Shown: positions 28,504-37,889 of the stretch, one piece after another
How the letters are laid out: each line of letters starts with the position of its first letter
How positions within the stretch are numbered: the stretch's first letter is position 1
Virus record (IMG/VR): IMGVR_UViG_3300033073_001074
Location: 11,575 to 75,574 of that record
Reading direction: 5' to 3' (one strand)
DNA length: 64,000 bases
Origin: a virus
Lineage: Duplodnaviria; Caudoviricetes
The notes under the pieces: model-generated
Seen by the model: the letters and a program-made list of their open reading frames with translations, nothing else
Told to the model about the DNA's origin: nothing
Databases searched by the model: none
Made by a program: the position numbers and the translations under genes

Positions 28504-30149
28504 TGAAGAAAAAAGTATTATTTGTAACGGAGGCATCGCACCATCCTACGGGATATTCTGTCTATACCAAAGAAGTATTGAGCAGATTATCAAAGTCTCA
28601 AGAAATTGAAGTAGCAGAGTTGGCTTGCTATGCTTCTCCAGAAGAAATTGAATCTCAAAATAATAGTTGGAAAATATATCCAAATATTCCTAGCGCAGAG
28701 CATAAAGAAGCTATGGATATGTATAATTCTTCTATGTCAAACAAATTTGGGGATTTTTCTTTTAATAGAGTATTGCTTGATTTTAAGCCACACTTTGTTA
28801 TGGATATTAGAGATTGGTGGATGCTTGAATTCGAAGAACGGTCTCCATTCAGATCGTTTTTTAATTGGGCAATTATGCCAACAGTAGATGCAGAACCTCA
28901 ACACGGTCAATGGATAGACACATACTCATCTGCCGATGGAGTGTTTGCATATTCTGAATTTGGTAGAGATACTATGAAAAAGCAGTCTTCTAAAATTAAT
29001 TTTGTGGATATTCCATCGCCATGTGCGAGCGATACTTTTCACAAGATAGAAGACAAGAAAGCTCTAAGATCACAATACGGACTCCGAGACGATATTGTTG
29101 TTTTCGGAACTGTTATGAGAAATCAGAGAAGAAAGTTATATCCAGACTTGTTCAAGGCATTTAGACTATTCCTTGATCAAAATCCAGAACAGACTAATGC
29201 ATATCTTTATTGCCACACTGCATATCCAGATGTTGGTTGGGATATTCCGGATTTAATCAAAGAGAATGGATTGTCTAATCGAGTTCTGTTGACATATAAG
29301 TGTCGTCAATGTGGAAAAGTTAAGCCGATGTTTTTTAATGACGCTGTGGCTTTTTGCAATGATTGTAAATCTTTTACATATACAATTGTGGGGTTAAACA
29401 ATAGAATTGACGATGTAGAACTCAACAAGATATATAACCTATTTGATGTCTATATCCAATGGGCAAATAGTGAAGGTTGGGGTATGCCACAACTAGAAGC
29501 TGCGTATGCGGGATTACCAGTTGTATCTGTTTATTACTCCGCTATGCAATCTTTGATTGATAACATCAGAGGAATTGGTATTAAGCCAGTTGGGTTCTAT
29601 AAAGAGCTAGAAACTGGATGTTTAAGAGCAGTTCCAGATAATCAACAATTAGCGAGAATCATGGCTAATCTATGCGACGATAATTATAGAAAATTGGTTG
29701 CAACCAGATGCTATCATAATGCTAGAGATATTTACAATTGGGACTATACTGCAAACAAGTGGTTAAAATATTTCTTAAATACTCCAGTTAAAAATGAGAA
29801 CCAAACATGGTTATCACCTCCTAGATTTTTTAATCCTATGAGACAATCGCCAGCAAACATTACTTCGTTGCCGGTAACAGATCAAGTCGATTGGTTATTC
29901 CATAATGTTTTGGGTATGCCAGATATGATCAACGGTTCTACATGGAAAAAGTTAGTTAAAGACTTAACATATAGAAGCGCCATGACAGGCATGATTCCCG
30001 GATATTATTTTAATGATAATTCGCATCCGGATTACGAAAAGAAGTTTGAAGAATTTACTTTTGAAAAAGCATTCAACTTTTGTTTACAAATGCGTGATCA
30101 TTACAATCAATGGGAAAACATTAGAGTTCAAATGTTAGGTGTAAAATGA
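28503..30149 (+). CDS. Glycosyltransferase GT4 with inserted zinc ribbon
   Basis: VFGTVMRNQRRKLYPDL, YNLFDVYIQWANSEGWGMPQLEAAYAGLPVV; CRQC...CNDC insert. Confidence 0.85.
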   Translation: MKKKVLFVTEASHHPTGYSVYTKEVLSRLSKSQEIEVAELACYASPEEIESQNNSWKIYPNIPSAEHKEAMDMYNSSMSNKFGDFSFNRVLLDFKPHFVMDIRDWWMLEFEERSPFRSFFNWAIMPTVDAEPQHGQWIDTYSSADGVFAYSEFGRDTMKKQSSKINFVDIPSPCASDTFHKIEDKKALRSQYGLRDDIVVFGTVMRNQRRKLYPDLFKAFRLFLDQNPEQTNAYLYCHTAYPDVGWDIPDLIKENGLSNRVLLTYKCRQCGKVKPMFFNDAVAFCNDCKSFTYTIVGLNNRIDDVELNKIYNLFDVYIQWANSEGWGMPQLEAAYAGLPVVSVYYSAMQSLIDNIRGIGIKPVGFYKELETGCLRAVPDNQQLARIMANLCDDNYRKLVATRCYHNARDIYNWDYTANKWLKYFLNTPVKNENQTWLSPPRFFNPMRQSPANITSLPVTDQVDWLFHNVLGMPDMINGSTWKKLVKDLTYRSAMTGMIPGYYFNDNSHPDYEKKFEEFTFEKAFNFCLQMRDHYNQWENIRVQMLGVK

Positions 30150-31225
30150 AAATAAGATATATTGCTAACTTTACAGATGGAACAGAGTGGTCTAGAATAG
30201 CTACTTATAATGCGCTAAATCTTAACGCCATAGGATATGATGTATATTGTGAAGATTTTAAATACAATCAAAACAATATATTATTAGAAGAAGAAATTGA
30301 CTCACTACTATCTAAAGATAAGAATGGTGTTAAGTTTGATTATTGCTTACAGCAAGTTCTTCCTAATGACTACAAGTATTATGGTGGCGTTAAAAATGTT
30401 GGAGTAATTGGATTAGAATCAAGAACTATATCTTTTACTCCTTGGATTAAAGCATTTAAAATGATGGACTATATGCTGGTTCCTGACCGATATACAAGCC
30501 ACGCATTAGCTTCGATTGGAATTAATTCTAGAATTTTTCATTACTCTTTTAATTATGAAGCAGCGGCCAGTTTTGAAGTTTCACCGATAAAAGAAATTGA
30601 AAAATCTTTTAACTTCTTTGTCGGTGGAAATATGGGGAGATTAAAGAATCTTGAATCGGCACTTATTGCGTTTCATTCTGAGTTTGACAAAACTGAATCA
30701 GTAAATATTATTTTATGCTTTGATAAAGAAATTCAAGCTATGTCAGAGTATCTAAATAAGTTTTCAGAGTTGACTAGACTGGGAAACAGAGTTCATAAAG
30801 AAATTATTCTGTCGTCCGCTGATGACCGAAATAGGATTGCGAACTTCTTAGCTAATGCAAATGTGTATATAGCTCCTGATTATGGAAATAGCTGTGATTA
30901 TTTTGCTATGAATGCTATGGCAAAAGGGTCTCCGGTGATCTATAATAGTAATATAGGAATAAAAGAATTTTGCCAACAAAGTGGAATAGAGGTGAGTTCA
31001 ATCGACGAGCCTTGCTTTGGGGTCACAGAAACAATTCCGTTCTTATTTTCATCTAAAGATATCTGGTCGAGAATTAATATTCTTGATTTAAGAAGTAAGA
31101 TGCGTCAAATATATGAGATTTGGAAAAATAATCCAAGTTACTACAATCAAATAAGAACGAATACTGTTAATGAGATCAGAAAATTTGATTATCGTATTAA
31201 TAATTTAAATGGGAGCTTTTTATGA
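30146..31225 (+). CDS. GT4-like glycosyltransferase, degenerate motif
   Basis: RLKNLESALIAF and NVYIAPDYGNSCDYFAMNAMAKGSPVIY, with both E-x7-E glutamates replaced by Asn. Confidence 0.65.
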   Translation: MKIRYIANFTDGTEWSRIATYNALNLNAIGYDVYCEDFKYNQNNILLEEEIDSLLSKDKNGVKFDYCLQQVLPNDYKYYGGVKNVGVIGLESRTISFTPWIKAFKMMDYMLVPDRYTSHALASIGINSRIFHYSFNYEAAASFEVSPIKEIEKSFNFFVGGNMGRLKNLESALIAFHSEFDKTESVNIILCFDKEIQAMSEYLNKFSELTRLGNRVHKEIILSSADDRNRIANFLANANVYIAPDYGNSCDYFAMNAMAKGSPVIYNSNIGIKEFCQQSGIEVSSIDEPCFGVTETIPFLFSSKDIWSRINILDLRSKMRQIYEIWKNNPSYYNQIRTNTVNEIRKFDYRINNLNGSFL

Positions 31226-31653
31226 AGATATATGTTGGACATGGGAATCTTGAGTCTTCTGGATTTAAAAATATCACAGAGCCAAAGATGCTTGAATATA
31301 TTGTAGATGATTCCGAAGCGACTGAAATCGTTTTTGATAATATTTTACGAGCAAACTTTCTACAAGATGTAGATAAGATTATCGAATTAGCAGCAAAGAA
31401 ATTGAGATCTAATGGGTCTATAACGATTATAGATATTGATTTTGAACTACTGGCTTTTGCATTTTCTAAGGCTGGTGATATCGTACAACTTAATCAAGCA
31501 GTTATCAATAACAAAACACCAATCAGATCTTTTCTCACTCATGAACTGCTTAATATGATAGCCCAATCAAAAAAGCTCACGGTAGAACTTGTTAATATGA
31601 AAAATGTTGAGTTTATGCTAACACTAAGAAGGGTTGTAAATAATGGAGTTTAA
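31222..31653 (+). CDS. Class I SAM methyltransferase-like protein
   Basis: MKIYVGHG...GFKNIT and KKLRSNGSITIID resemble the KLNLGCG / LKPGG.L pattern. Confidence 0.5.
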   Translation: MKIYVGHGNLESSGFKNITEPKMLEYIVDDSEATEIVFDNILRANFLQDVDKIIELAAKKLRSNGSITIIDIDFELLAFAFSKAGDIVQLNQAVINNKTPIRSFLTHELLNMIAQSKKLTVELVNMKNVEFMLTLRRVVNNGV

Positions 31654-32368
31654 TATTTTCTCTTGCTATAAATGTAAACATGCCCAGATTAAGGATAGTA
31701 AACAGGTTGGATGTGATCTGGGCCACCTTCAGTTTTTCATGATACAGAACAAAGCTGAGATCCTGAATGATGATTATTTCTATTCACTAGGAAGAGTTTG
31801 TTTATCAAAAGATGATAATACTCCTCGCCCAGAAAAGGATGTTCGTCTTGGGTATTTATTTATTTTAGACGACGAGACAAAAATAGAGCAGCTTATCAAA
31901 AATATTGATCTTATTAAAGATAAAGATCCTTTGTGGATTGGAGTTGTTCACAGCTTTAGTAATTCTCACAACACAATTGTAGATGCAGTCAAACCTATTG
32001 GATGCAAGTACAATATTATTCTTAATTACGAGAGTGCCGAAAATATATATAAGCCAGACCAGTTTATGAATAATTATCTAAATGGCTGGACATTGGTAAA
32101 TGTTGTTGGACAACCATTCAAATTCAATGCCAAAGAAATACTAAGCAATTTTGTATTTGAACAGTCTGGAGTGGCCGGAGCGATTCTTGAAAATATCGAA
32201 GAAAATGTTAACAATGCTTGCTTCTTCAATATTATATATAAAACCTTAAAAGGTAGCAAGATCGACTTTGATGAGGATGGCAATCTTTTAGATTTTAGAT
32301 TTATTGAGAAGATTATTAATAATAATCCTAATATGATCAAGTATTGGAAGGATTTAGAATGTCATTAA
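31643..32368 (+). CDS. Hypothetical protein (glycosylation cluster)
   Basis: 241-aa coupled ORF with N-terminal CxxC...C...C. Confidence 0.65.
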   Translation: MEFNIFSCYKCKHAQIKDSKQVGCDLGHLQFFMIQNKAEILNDDYFYSLGRVCLSKDDNTPRPEKDVRLGYLFILDDETKIEQLIKNIDLIKDKDPLWIGVVHSFSNSHNTIVDAVKPIGCKYNIILNYESAENIYKPDQFMNNYLNGWTLVNVVGQPFKFNAKEILSNFVFEQSGVAGAILENIEENVNNACFFNIIYKTLKGSKIDFDEDGNLLDFRFIEKIINNNPNMIKYWKDLECH

Positions 32369-32979
32369 CGGTTATCACGGTTATAAATCAAGAAACCAAT
32401 GTAGTCTCAACGCTCGCAAGTGTATTGGAGTCTACATATAAGCCACATACATATTGCGTTGTAATTGGTAAAGAATGCTCTGAAAAAACGAAAGAATCAG
32501 TTCTTGTCCTATTTAAGGGGTGTTGCGGAGCAGAAACAAAACAAACAACTGAAGATTCTGGGGTTGTCTATGAAACCAATCTGAATGGAGTCAATCTTAT
32601 CTGCGTACTAAGTAATCTTGAAAACAGTAATGTTAAAGGATTGTACAGTTTAGCAATCTCAAAGACTGTTGACTTTTCAAAAAATTATGTTATACTTAAT
32701 CAGGGTGTATCAATTTCTGAAAACGGTCTGAGATTATTAGATGATAAATTATCTAATCCAGTTATAGGATTTGTCTACTCTGATTATATTCAAAATAACG
32801 TTTATAGATATGTTGGCAATTTTCACTACCTAATTAGAAACAAAGTAAACATAGTATCTTATGGCTTAAAAGCGTCATTGATTAATGAGACGTTAAAAGT
32901 AGATCCATTTGATATAGCAAGTACAGTTTACAATACAGCAATTGTTTCTAAGATACCACAACCCGTTTTTGCCTTATGA
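32359..32979 (+). CDS. GT-A (GT2)-like protein, degenerate
   Basis: LTVITV...TLASVLESTY...YVILN...NPVIGFVYSDY follows the GT2 layout, but no DxD is present. Confidence 0.45.
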   Translation: MSLTVITVINQETNVVSTLASVLESTYKPHTYCVVIGKECSEKTKESVLVLFKGCCGAETKQTTEDSGVVYETNLNGVNLICVLSNLENSNVKGLYSLAISKTVDFSKNYVILNQGVSISENGLRLLDDKLSNPVIGFVYSDYIQNNVYRYVGNFHYLIRNKVNIVSYGLKASLINETLKVDPFDIASTVYNTAIVSKIPQPVFAL

Positions 32980-33686
32980 GTCGATTTACAAAGAAAATTA
33001 AAGATAGGTTCTCGCATCCAATACAAGTTGCAATTCTTGCGGCTGGTATTGGGGCAAGAACAAAATCATATGAACCAAGATGTTTGTTAAAGTATAATTC
33101 TAAAATTATATTGGAAACACAACTGTCGGTGCTTTCTGAAAGATTCCCTAAAAGTGAAATTAGTATTGTTTGCGGACATGATTCTGGTAGAATAATTAAG
33201 AAGGTTGGTAAGCAACATAGAATTATTGAAAACCAAATTTATGAAAACACTAATAGCGGAGAAAGCCTAAAATTAGCAGTAAACAATTCTCTATTAGATA
33301 ACTTCATGTTTATGCATGGTGATCTAGTTATATCTTATGAAATATTCAATTCGATTAATTTAAACAGTTCATTTATCCTTGTAGATAGCATGAATAAGTT
33401 TGAAGAGAAAGAAGTTGGTGTAACCGTTGTAGATGGGAAAGTTTCTGTACTATCATATAATCTTCCAGTAAAGTGGTGTCAGATCGCTTATTTTACCGGA
33501 GAAGAAATGAACATACTTAGAAAATTATTAATCAGACAGGATTTTAATTCAAAGTATATTCTAACATTTGAAATTATAAATAAAGTAATTGAGCTTGGTG
33601 GTAGCTTTAAAAGCTATGATATTGGAACAAGTTTTATAAAAGAAATAGATAGCCTGAAGGATATAAATAATGAAACTACTAGTTGA
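32976..33686 (+). CDS. Sugar/choline-phosphate nucleotidyltransferase (NTP_transferase family)
   Basis: ILAAGIGART...PRCLL, IVCGH, YENTNSGESL, FMHGDL. Confidence 0.8.
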   Translation: MSRFTKKIKDRFSHPIQVAILAAGIGARTKSYEPRCLLKYNSKIILETQLSVLSERFPKSEISIVCGHDSGRIIKKVGKQHRIIENQIYENTNSGESLKLAVNNSLLDNFMFMHGDLVISYEIFNSINLNSSFILVDSMNKFEEKEVGVTVVDGKVSVLSYNLPVKWCQIAYFTGEEMNILRKLLIRQDFNSKYILTFEIINKVIELGGSFKSYDIGTSFIKEIDSLKDINNETTS

Positions 33687-34428
33687 TGATAATTTAATCT
33701 CATACGCTTTACCTGCGGTATATTGTGGATTTAAAGCATCTAAACATGATCCAAAAGCAATGTCAACATTTGATACGTTTGACTTCGTACAACCTGATTT
33801 ATACATAGCAAGTGCTGATAAATTAAACGATACAATCTATAAAAATCTAGATGAACGTCCGGGTTTAAGAGTTTGTGTGTTGGATGGATCAGAATCGGAT
33901 CTTATTCATCCTAAGTTTAATGATTTTAAAAATAGATATGGAACGGCTCATCCTTGGATTAAACAATCTGCTGTTGGCGATTTAGTCACATATGCGAAAT
34001 CTGAATATATCAGCAAATACAAATCCGACATTGTTTCCATAGAAGAAATCCCAATTCCGGGAATTGAAAATCTATACGTTCCTGAAGAATATATATTTCG
34101 TATTTTTTCAGAATCATTAGTTAATCACCCAAATTATTGCGGGTTTATTTTGCAAAATCTAAAAAAGAATTTTTATAAGTCTTCAAGGTTTAGTGTATCG
34201 GGTGGATCAAATTACTTTAATTCGATATTGTGCGATTGCTACCCAATACGGATTGATGAATTTGATGTGAATATCCTAGAGACAGACCAATCTCGCAAAC
34301 TAAAAGAATTAAAAGAAGAAACCATAAATAACTATACTAATTTTCAAGTACTAATCAATATTCTAGGCTTTATGGGATTTGACAAAGAAAGTAACTTGTT
34401 GAAGAGTAGAATGGGAGAATTGCTATGA
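33670..34428 (+). CDS. Hypothetical protein (glycosylation cluster)
   Basis: 252-aa coupled ORF. Confidence 0.65.
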   Translation: MKLLVDDNLISYALPAVYCGFKASKHDPKAMSTFDTFDFVQPDLYIASADKLNDTIYKNLDERPGLRVCVLDGSESDLIHPKFNDFKNRYGTAHPWIKQSAVGDLVTYAKSEYISKYKSDIVSIEEIPIPGIENLYVPEEYIFRIFSESLVNHPNYCGFILQNLKKNFYKSSRFSVSGGSNYFNSILCDCYPIRIDEFDVNILETDQSRKLKELKEETINNYTNFQVLINILGFMGFDKESNLLKSRMGELL

Positions 34429-34880
34429 ATATTGGTTTTGTAGTAAATAATATAGCGGTATCAGAAATTAACTATGAACTTATCTCATGCGTTAATCAAT
34501 TGGCAGACAAAGATACAAAGACATCTCCATATATTTTCTTTCAAAACATTTCACCAACGTTCACTGCTGTGAATTGTATGACAATGAATATCGTAGGCAT
34601 CAACGGTTTTCAAGGAAAGCTGGTGGCATTTGATCTTGAATCTGCAAACATCATTAATAAGAATAATCAAAATTCAGAAAACTATTTTTACCTTACTGAT
34701 CTAGAATGGCTTACAAAGGTAGTGAATTACACAGTAGTTCTTGATATTTTGAATAGTTTTAAAATCTATGTTAGAAGTGAATATCATCGCACTATAGTTA
34801 AAAATTTTACTGGGCGAGAAGATATTGAAGTTATGGAATCAGTGGGAGATCTTGTAGAATGCTTAATATCAAACAGCTAA
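34425..34880 (+). CDS. Hypothetical protein (glycosylation cluster)
   Basis: 151-aa coupled ORF. Confidence 0.65.
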   Translation: MNIGFVVNNIAVSEINYELISCVNQLADKDTKTSPYIFFQNISPTFTAVNCMTMNIVGINGFQGKLVAFDLESANIINKNNQNSENYFYLTDLEWLTKVVNYTVVLDILNSFKIYVRSEYHRTIVKNFTGREDIEVMESVGDLVECLISNS

Positions 34881-35635
34881 TAGAGCAGTACCAGTCGGGT
34901 ATGAGCGTGCGTGATATAGCCAGTTATCATAATACTTATGCAAATAAAATTGCAAGAGCGTTAAAAAAAGCTGGCGTGTCTTTGAGATCAAAAGAAGAAG
35001 CTGCTGATATGGCTGTTAAGAATGGCAAAATCAAACCCCCTATGCTGGGCAAAAAACGCACTCAGGAAGAGAAGGACAACATCAGCGTAAAAAGGACTAA
35101 GAAGTGGAAAGAGATGTCTGAGAGCGATTTACAGGCGTTTAGACAGGGGGCTAAAGACCGATGGGATAATCAGTCTGAAGAAGAGAAGGTTTACCGACAA
35201 CAGAAGGCTGGTGAGGCTTTAAGAAAGGCTAGTGTCGAAGGATCAAAAGCCGAAAAATTTCTATACCAGAACTTGACAAAGGCCGGGTATGATGTTATAC
35301 TACACAAGACTGGCCTTATCCCCGGAGAGAAGTATGAGGTAGATCTTTTCTTGCCAAAACTAATGGTAGCGATAGAGATTGACGGTCCTCAGCATTTTCT
35401 ACCTATATATGGCCAAGAGAATCTTAATCGCAACATTAAGTACGATGCGATTAAAAATGGGGCATTGTTGTCAAGAGGGCTGTGTATAATCAGAGTAAAA
35501 TATCTGGCAAAGCACAACTCACAGTCAACCAACAAAGAAATATTTAAACTTGTTTCTGATCAGCTAAAAGCTATTGAAACAAAATTCCCTGAACAAAACT
35601 ATAGACTAATTGAATTGGAGATATCTAATGTTTGA
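34859..35635 (+). CDS. Putative free-standing homing endonuclease (HTH + NUMOD3-like + PD-(D/E)XK/Vsr-like)
   Basis: YQSGMSVRDIA HTH; PPMLGKKRTQEEKDNIS NUMOD3-like; YEVDLFLP...IEIDGPQH nuclease. Confidence 0.75.
   Translation: MLNIKQLIEQYQSGMSVRDIASYHNTYANKIARALKKAGVSLRSKEEAADMAVKNGKIKPPMLGKKRTQEEKDNISVKRTKKWKEMSESDLQAFRQGAKDRWDNQSEEEKVYRQQKAGEALRKASVEGSKAEKFLYQNLTKAGYDVILHKTGLIPGEKYEVDLFLPKLMVAIEIDGPQHFLPIYGQENLNRNIKYDAIKNGALLSRGLCIIRVKYLAKHNSQSTNKEIFKLVSDQLKAIETKFPEQNYRLIELEISNV
35273..35301 (+). promoter_or_regulatory. sigma70-type promoter inside the endonuclease gene
   Basis: TTGACA, 17 nt, TATACT with TGn extended -10. Confidence 0.6.
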
Positions 35636-36404
35636 TGAAAATGAACTGAATGAGAACGAAAGTGTTTTTGATCTTAATGTACCAACTACAAATAAAATTG
35701 AAGTTGCTGATAATGCACCAGACCAATTATCTCCTGAATGGCATGATTATGTCATGTCTCAATTTTTAGATAGTGAGCTGATCGAGATTAATGGCGAAAG
35801 ATATCCAAACTGCTATGGCCTAAGAAGAGTTGTAGAAGTTTTGATTGGGCAGATTGTAGAAAGCAAGCCAGTAAATTTAATCGTATCGCCTGATTCAACT
35901 GGTGCAAATCCCGGCAGAGTTACATGTGTATATGAAGTCACTGTTAGGGATTATGATAGTGGGCAGCTAAAGAAATATGGTGATGTTGCTGAAGTGTTTT
36001 CACTAAACTGTGATGACTTATTTCTTGCTTATCCTGCCGCTACCGCTGTAACACGAGCCGAAGGTCGTTGCTTGCGTAAACTGCTTAAGGTTCGCTGCGT
36101 TGCTGCTGAAGAGCTTACACGCAATAAAAACGTTGGGGAGGCTGTTAAAGCCGTTATAAAGAGCAGTCCAACAGATGGTGCTTATCAAGAAGAAGATCCA
36201 ATTAGCGGCGCTCAAATTAAACTTCTTACCAATAAATGTAAAGAGATGAGCATTGATGTTATGAAGTTCATTAATATGGGAGAGAAGGACTATTCTCGAT
36301 TAGAAGATGTTAGAAAGAAAACCGCTATTAATATGATCAAGTTGCTTAATGACTATCAGAATAATAGCAAACCTATTCCTGCGAATATTTTATTAGGAGA
36401 TTGA
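35628..36404 (+). CDS. Rad52/Erf-like single-strand annealing protein
   Basis: GLRRV..., VTCVYEVTV, ATAVTRAEGRCLRKLL (A.T.A.GRALR-type), C-terminal ISGAQIKLL. Confidence 0.6.
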   Translation: MFDENELNENESVFDLNVPTTNKIEVADNAPDQLSPEWHDYVMSQFLDSELIEINGERYPNCYGLRRVVEVLIGQIVESKPVNLIVSPDSTGANPGRVTCVYEVTVRDYDSGQLKKYGDVAEVFSLNCDDLFLAYPAATAVTRAEGRCLRKLLKVRCVAAEELTRNKNVGEAVKAVIKSSPTDGAYQEEDPISGAQIKLLTNKCKEMSIDVMKFINMGEKDYSRLEDVRKKTAINMIKLLNDYQNNSKPIPANILLGD

Positions 36405-36408
36405 TAAT

Positions 36409-36750
36409 ATGAGTTTTACAATTACAAAAGGTCCGGGTGGAGTTTCTATTGGCGCAACTGGAGATACTCACAGAGAAGTGTTTCAGCAAATTGCCGACTT
36501 AGAAGAAGTTTTCGGTGTTCAAAAATGTGGTAAGTGCCAATGTCCGGACATTCAATTTGTTGTCAGAACAGTTGATGACAATGATTATTACGAATTCCAT
36601 TGTCGCAACCAAAAGTGTAAAGCTAGACTTGCATTTGGTCAAAATAAGAAAGGTGGTGGCCTGTTTCCTAAACGCAAGGATAAGGATGATAAATGGCTAC
36701 CTGATGGTGGATGGATGAGATGGGACAAAGAAAAGAACAAAGAATTCTAA
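36409..36750 (+). CDS. Zinc-binding hypothetical protein
   Basis: CGKC...C..C Cys pattern; last + strand gene. Confidence 0.7.
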   Translation: MSFTITKGPGGVSIGATGDTHREVFQQIADLEEVFGVQKCGKCQCPDIQFVVRTVDDNDYYEFHCRNQKCKARLAFGQNKKGGGLFPKRKDKDDKWLPDGGWMRWDKEKNKEF

Positions 36751-36753
36751 AAG

Positions 36754-36783
36754 AAAAAAGCCCCCGTAACTGGGGGCTTTTTT
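36754..36783. terminator. Bidirectional intrinsic terminator at the strand convergence
   Basis: AAAAAAGCCCCC-GTAACT-GGGGGCTTTTTT between convergent gene arms. Confidence 0.9.
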
Positions 36784-36881
36784 CATTATTCGCTATAGCC
36801 TGACGCTGCTCATCTTTGGCTATAGTGTCGGAAGCACATGAGGATCAGAAGCAGCAGAAAGTATCCCCATTTCTTCCTCGA

Positions 36882-37838
36882 TTATAGATATTCTAAACTA
36901 ACGTATAGTCCATATTGAACTTTGCTACCAATGCTTAATGGACTTGCGCTAAGACCAACTCTCCATGTATGACGAGTATCATATCCAGTACCTCCAAAGG
37001 AGTTGTTTAGATATGTACCGCTATCAAATGGAGTAGCAATACCAAAAACGTTTTGACCACCTGTAGTGTTCTTGATATATTGAATAAACTTAGGAACGAA
37101 TCCACTCGCTAAAGGTTGTGCTACATATCTACCACCACTTCCCGGCGAGTCTAGTAATGGAACAATAATTCCAGTTCCACCAACCGTTTCATTGTCTGGT
37201 GATAAATATCCAGCTAATCTACTGTCAGGGTTTCCACTTCCACCAGCAGCTTGGCTTGCGGTGAAATTGTAGAATTTAACACCTACAGAGTTTTGATAAT
37301 ATGGACGAACACTTGTGTTGCTAAATGCTGGATACATTAATGCATCTGGCCAAGGAGCGCCCCACCAAAGAGCATCACCAGATCCCGGATTAGAAGTAAC
37401 TTCATTACCTGCATCACTATACCAGTCAGTATAAGTCTTGCTATCAAAATTAACAATTTCACAAACTCTAGTTACTACGCCAGTAGCAGGATAATCTACA
37501 TTTGTTCTGTCATATATTCTTAACTGAGCATTTTGAACTTTGACTGGTGTGCCGTGATCAAAATTAATAACTAGTGTTGCTTCTGATCCATTAATAGATG
37601 GAATTTTAGCAGTTGTTTCTGCCATTTGTACATATGCACCAGAAGCAGAGACATATTTTAGATTAAGGGCGGCTGGACCTTGATCAGTGCCAGCGCCATT
37701 TGTAACGAAAGTTCTATCTTGAAATGCGCCAACTTGAACGCTAGTTCCGAATCCAGTTCCATAAAAACCTAGTCCAGAACCGGCGAACGCATCCCCGATA
37801 TGACTATTTTGTAATACTGCAAAAGAGATTGTTGCCAT
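36882..37838 (-). CDS. Hypothetical virion protein
   Basis: 318 aa, Gly/Ser/Thr/aromatic-rich; ends the structural arm and has the TGTGTATA motif upstream. Confidence 0.65.
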   Translation of the reverse strand: MATISFAVLQNSHIGDAFAGSGLGFYGTGFGTSVQVGAFQDRTFVTNGAGTDQGPAALNLKYVSASGAYVQMAETTAKIPSINGSEATLVINFDHGTPVKVQNAQLRIYDRTNVDYPATGVVTRVCEIVNFDSKTYTDWYSDAGNEVTSNPGSGDALWWGAPWPDALMYPAFSNTSVRPYYQNSVGVKFYNFTASQAAGGSGNPDSRLAGYLSPDNETVGGTGIIVPLLDSPGSGGRYVAQPLASGFVPKFIQYIKNTTGGQNVFGIATPFDSGTYLNNSFGGTGYDTRHTWRVGLSASPLSIGSKVQYGLYVSLEYL

Positions 37839-37855
37839 TAACGAGTTCTCCGATG

Positions 37856-37889
37856 AAAAAAGAGCATGATATATATTATATTATACACA
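37856..37889 (-). promoter_or_regulatory. Candidate late promoter TGTGTATA-N16-GCTCTTTTTT
   Basis: Identical bipartite arrangement at 57161-57194. Confidence 0.55.
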
